From an uncultured Christensenellaceae bacterium (GTDB lineage: Bacteria; Bacillota; Clostridia; Christensenellales; UBA3700): 64,000 bases of DNA. The stretch spans positions 54,512 to 118,511 of the forward strand of contig CALWBV010000001.1 in assembly GCA_944376205.1 (NCBI GenBank), in the 5' to 3' direction. The notes beneath the pieces were generated by a model. It saw only the letters and a program-made list of their open reading frames with translations, was not told the origin of the DNA and searched no databases. Shown here piece after piece: positions 62,380 to 64,000 of the stretch (the first letter of the stretch is position 1; the number at the start of each line of letters is the position of its first letter). Both the position numbers and the translations under genes were made by a program.

Positions 62380-62408
62380 ATTATATCACACACATTAAGC
62401 TATCGCAA
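62380..62408 (-). promoter_or_regulatory. SigA promoter, probably giving leaderless uvrC mRNA
   Basis: TTGCGA-N17-TATAAT (extended TG)-N6-ATG; no SD. Confidence 0.7.
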
Positions 62409-62552
62409 GTCAATTAATTACGGACAATCGGCTCATAAGTCCTTACTATTAATTATGTCCCAAAGTAAAATCCCAATCCGTCAAAAATCAAAGACAACGA
62501 CGGCTTGCATGCAAGCCGTTACCGCTAAATAAACATAAATTCAAGTCACTGA

Positions 62553-62885
62553 TTATACGGCGTTTTCTACACCGAGCGTAATTGCACTCTCAACACTCTG
62601 GTTGACTATACGGTAAAATACGATTTTTCCGTATCTTCTGCAACCCACTATACCGTTGTCGCGCAGAAGTTTAAGTTGATGAGAAATCGTAGTCTGATTG
62701 AGTCCGAGAATATAACTCAAATCTCCCACACACAATTCCATACTGCACAATGCGCACAATATTTTGAGTCTGGTCCTGTCCGAAAATATAAAGAAATAAT
62801 CGGCGGCGCTTGCAAGTATTCCGTTGGGCGGAACGCAACCTCTGACAAAACTTTCCTGTTGTTCGTTTACCGTAAGACAAATCAT
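62553..62885 (-). CDS. ArsR/SmtB family repressor
   Basis: FSDRTRLKIL, ELCVGDL, SHQLKLLR, RRYGKIVFY; AAGGAG SD. Confidence 0.9.
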   Translation of the reverse strand: MICLTVNEQQESFVRGCVPPNGILASAADYFFIFSDRTRLKILCALCSMELCVGDLSYILGLNQTTISHQLKLLRDNGIVGCRRYGKIVFYRIVNQSVESAITLGVENAV

Positions 62886-62917
62886 AAAAAATCTCCTTTT
62901 AATCAGTATAAACTTGT

Positions 62918-62946
62918 CACATCTGAAGATTTTCAGACATATTGTA
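62918..62946 (+). promoter_or_regulatory. Putative SigK promoter with palindromic spacer
   Basis: CACA-[TCTGAA gatt TTCAGA]-CATATTGTA. Confidence 0.5.
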
Positions 62947-62982
62947 GATTGATAGGGCTTTTTGACAATAAGGAGGTAAACT

Positions 62983-63237
62983 ATGATAAATAATTGTTCA
63001 GGACTTCTTCTTTTAGTAGCGCTTTTGAGCTACAACAACCGTTGCTATTCGCAAAATTCGTTTACGGGCAACTCATGCAACTGTAATTCTTGCAATTGCA
63101 ATTGCGGATGCAACAAAACCTGCAACTTCGGATATTCCGCTTCGTCCCCCACTTCGCTGGGAATGGATGCCGGAATGCTCTGTTTGTTGTTGGCATTTCT
63201 CACATGCGGATGCGGCACTTCGACGACGTCGTGCTGA
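62983..63237 (+). CDS. Small cysteine-rich protein (spore-coat-like or metallothionein-like)
   Basis: AAGGAGGT SD; 84 aa with 13 Cys including CNCNSCNCNCGC; terminator immediately after. Confidence 0.75.
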   Translation: MINNCSGLLLLVALLSYNNRCYSQNSFTGNSCNCNSCNCNCGCNKTCNFGYSASSPTSLGMDAGMLCLLLAFLTCGCGTSTTSC

Positions 63238-63250
63238 CAGAACAACAATG

Positions 63251-63280
63251 AAAAAAGACTTCCGATCGGAAGTCTTTTTT
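63251..63280. terminator. Bidirectional intrinsic terminator
   Basis: AAAAAAGACTTCC-gatc-GGAAGTCTTTTTT. Confidence 0.85.
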
Positions 63281-63328
63281 CGTATTGTAATTTATTTTAA
63301 CATGCGACGCTATTTATAATCGCTATAA

Positions 63329-64000
63329 TCAATTTTTACTCTCGGGACGGAACTTCTTTATTTGCGGATATTGATTTGCAGCAAGGCTGTCCTCAAAATC
63401 CTTGAGAAGTTTTATCTGTTTTGCATTGAGGCCTTTAGGCGTCTCGACTTTTATTATTACATAAAGATCGCCGTAACTCTCTTTTTGCAAGACTTTCATA
63501 CCGTAACCTTTAAGGCGTATTTTCGTACCCGACTGCGTGCTTTCGGGAATCTTGCACTTCGCTTCTCCCTTCATTGTCTGAATCGTAATAGTGTTACCGC
63601 AAGCCGCATCGTAAAATCCTACAGGCAAATCCATATACAAATCGTTGCCTACACGTCTGAATTTTTCGCTGGGCATTACTCCGATTGCTATCACGAGATT
63701 ACCTTTACCGCCGCCGTTACGACCGCAGTTACCCTCATTTCTGATGGTCATCGTAACTCCGTTGTCGACACCTGCCGGAATATTGATTTTTATGCTTGCT
63801 TCCTTGCGCATATATCCGTTGCCGCGACACATAGCGCATTTTTCGCCTATTACTTTACCCGTACCGCCGCAGTTTGAACAAACTGTCTGCACGACTTGTT
63901 GACCGAAAAGCGTCTGTTGAGTTTTGCGGATACTGCCCGTACCTTTACAGTAAGGACAAACTTTTATAGAAGAAGCGTCCTTTGCTCCGCTTCCTCCGCA
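63329..64000 (-). CDS. dnaJ: Chaperone DnaJ (partial; N-terminus outside the window)
   Basis: CxxCxGxG repeats (CPYCKGTG, CSNCGGTG, CAMCRGNG), IPAGVD, GDLYV. Confidence 0.93.
   Translation of the reverse strand, partial: CGGSGAKDASSIKVCPYCKGTGSIRKTQQTLFGQQVVQTVCSNCGGTGKVIGEKCAMCRGNGYMRKEASIKINIPAGVDNGVTMTIRNEGNCGRNGGGKGNLVIAIGVMPSEKFRRVGNDLYMDLPVGFYDAACGNTITIQTMKGEAKCKIPESTQSGTKIRLKGYGMKVLQKESYGDLYVIIKVETPKGLNAKQIKLLKDFEDSLAANQYPQIKKFRPESKN

Noticed and set aside
63235-63280. Selenocysteine read-through of the TGA ending the Cys-rich ORF
   Set aside because: The downstream hairpin is a symmetric A/T-flanked terminator, not SECIS-like
1-64000. Alternative genetic code or stop-codon recoding
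   Set aside because: Conserved genes translate full length with the standard bacterial code, and both TAA and TGA act as stops

Overview
Chromosomal window from a low-GC, probably spore-forming anaerobic Clostridia-type bacterium (taxonomy inferred from gene content and promoter style). It is mostly housekeeping: murG, ilvE, tyrS, asnS, valS, hslO, lysine riboswitch-asd-dapA-dapB, dgt/dnaG-rpoD, hprK, uvrC, partial dnaJ, tRNA-Thr(CGT) and a probable 6S RNA. I found no integrase, transposase, prophage or CRISPR-Cas. The most notable observations: (1) a NifU-like/GGGtGRT operon followed by an ERIC/RPE-like palindrome and a 201-bp tandem duplication built from its right arm; (2) a structured ~160-nt element bracketed by duplicated terminators behind tRNA-Thr; (3) a TrmK-Nif3 fusion; (4) an ArsR/SmtB repressor divergent from a 13-Cys small protein, with a palindrome filling the promoter spacer; (5) four apparently leaderless genes; (6) several SigK/SigE-type promoters; (7) a 58-aa ORF missing from the ORF track; (8) putative LolA/LppX-fold lipoproteins beside lipid genes; (9) two decayed loci. 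All calls come from reading the sequence by eye; no searches were run.
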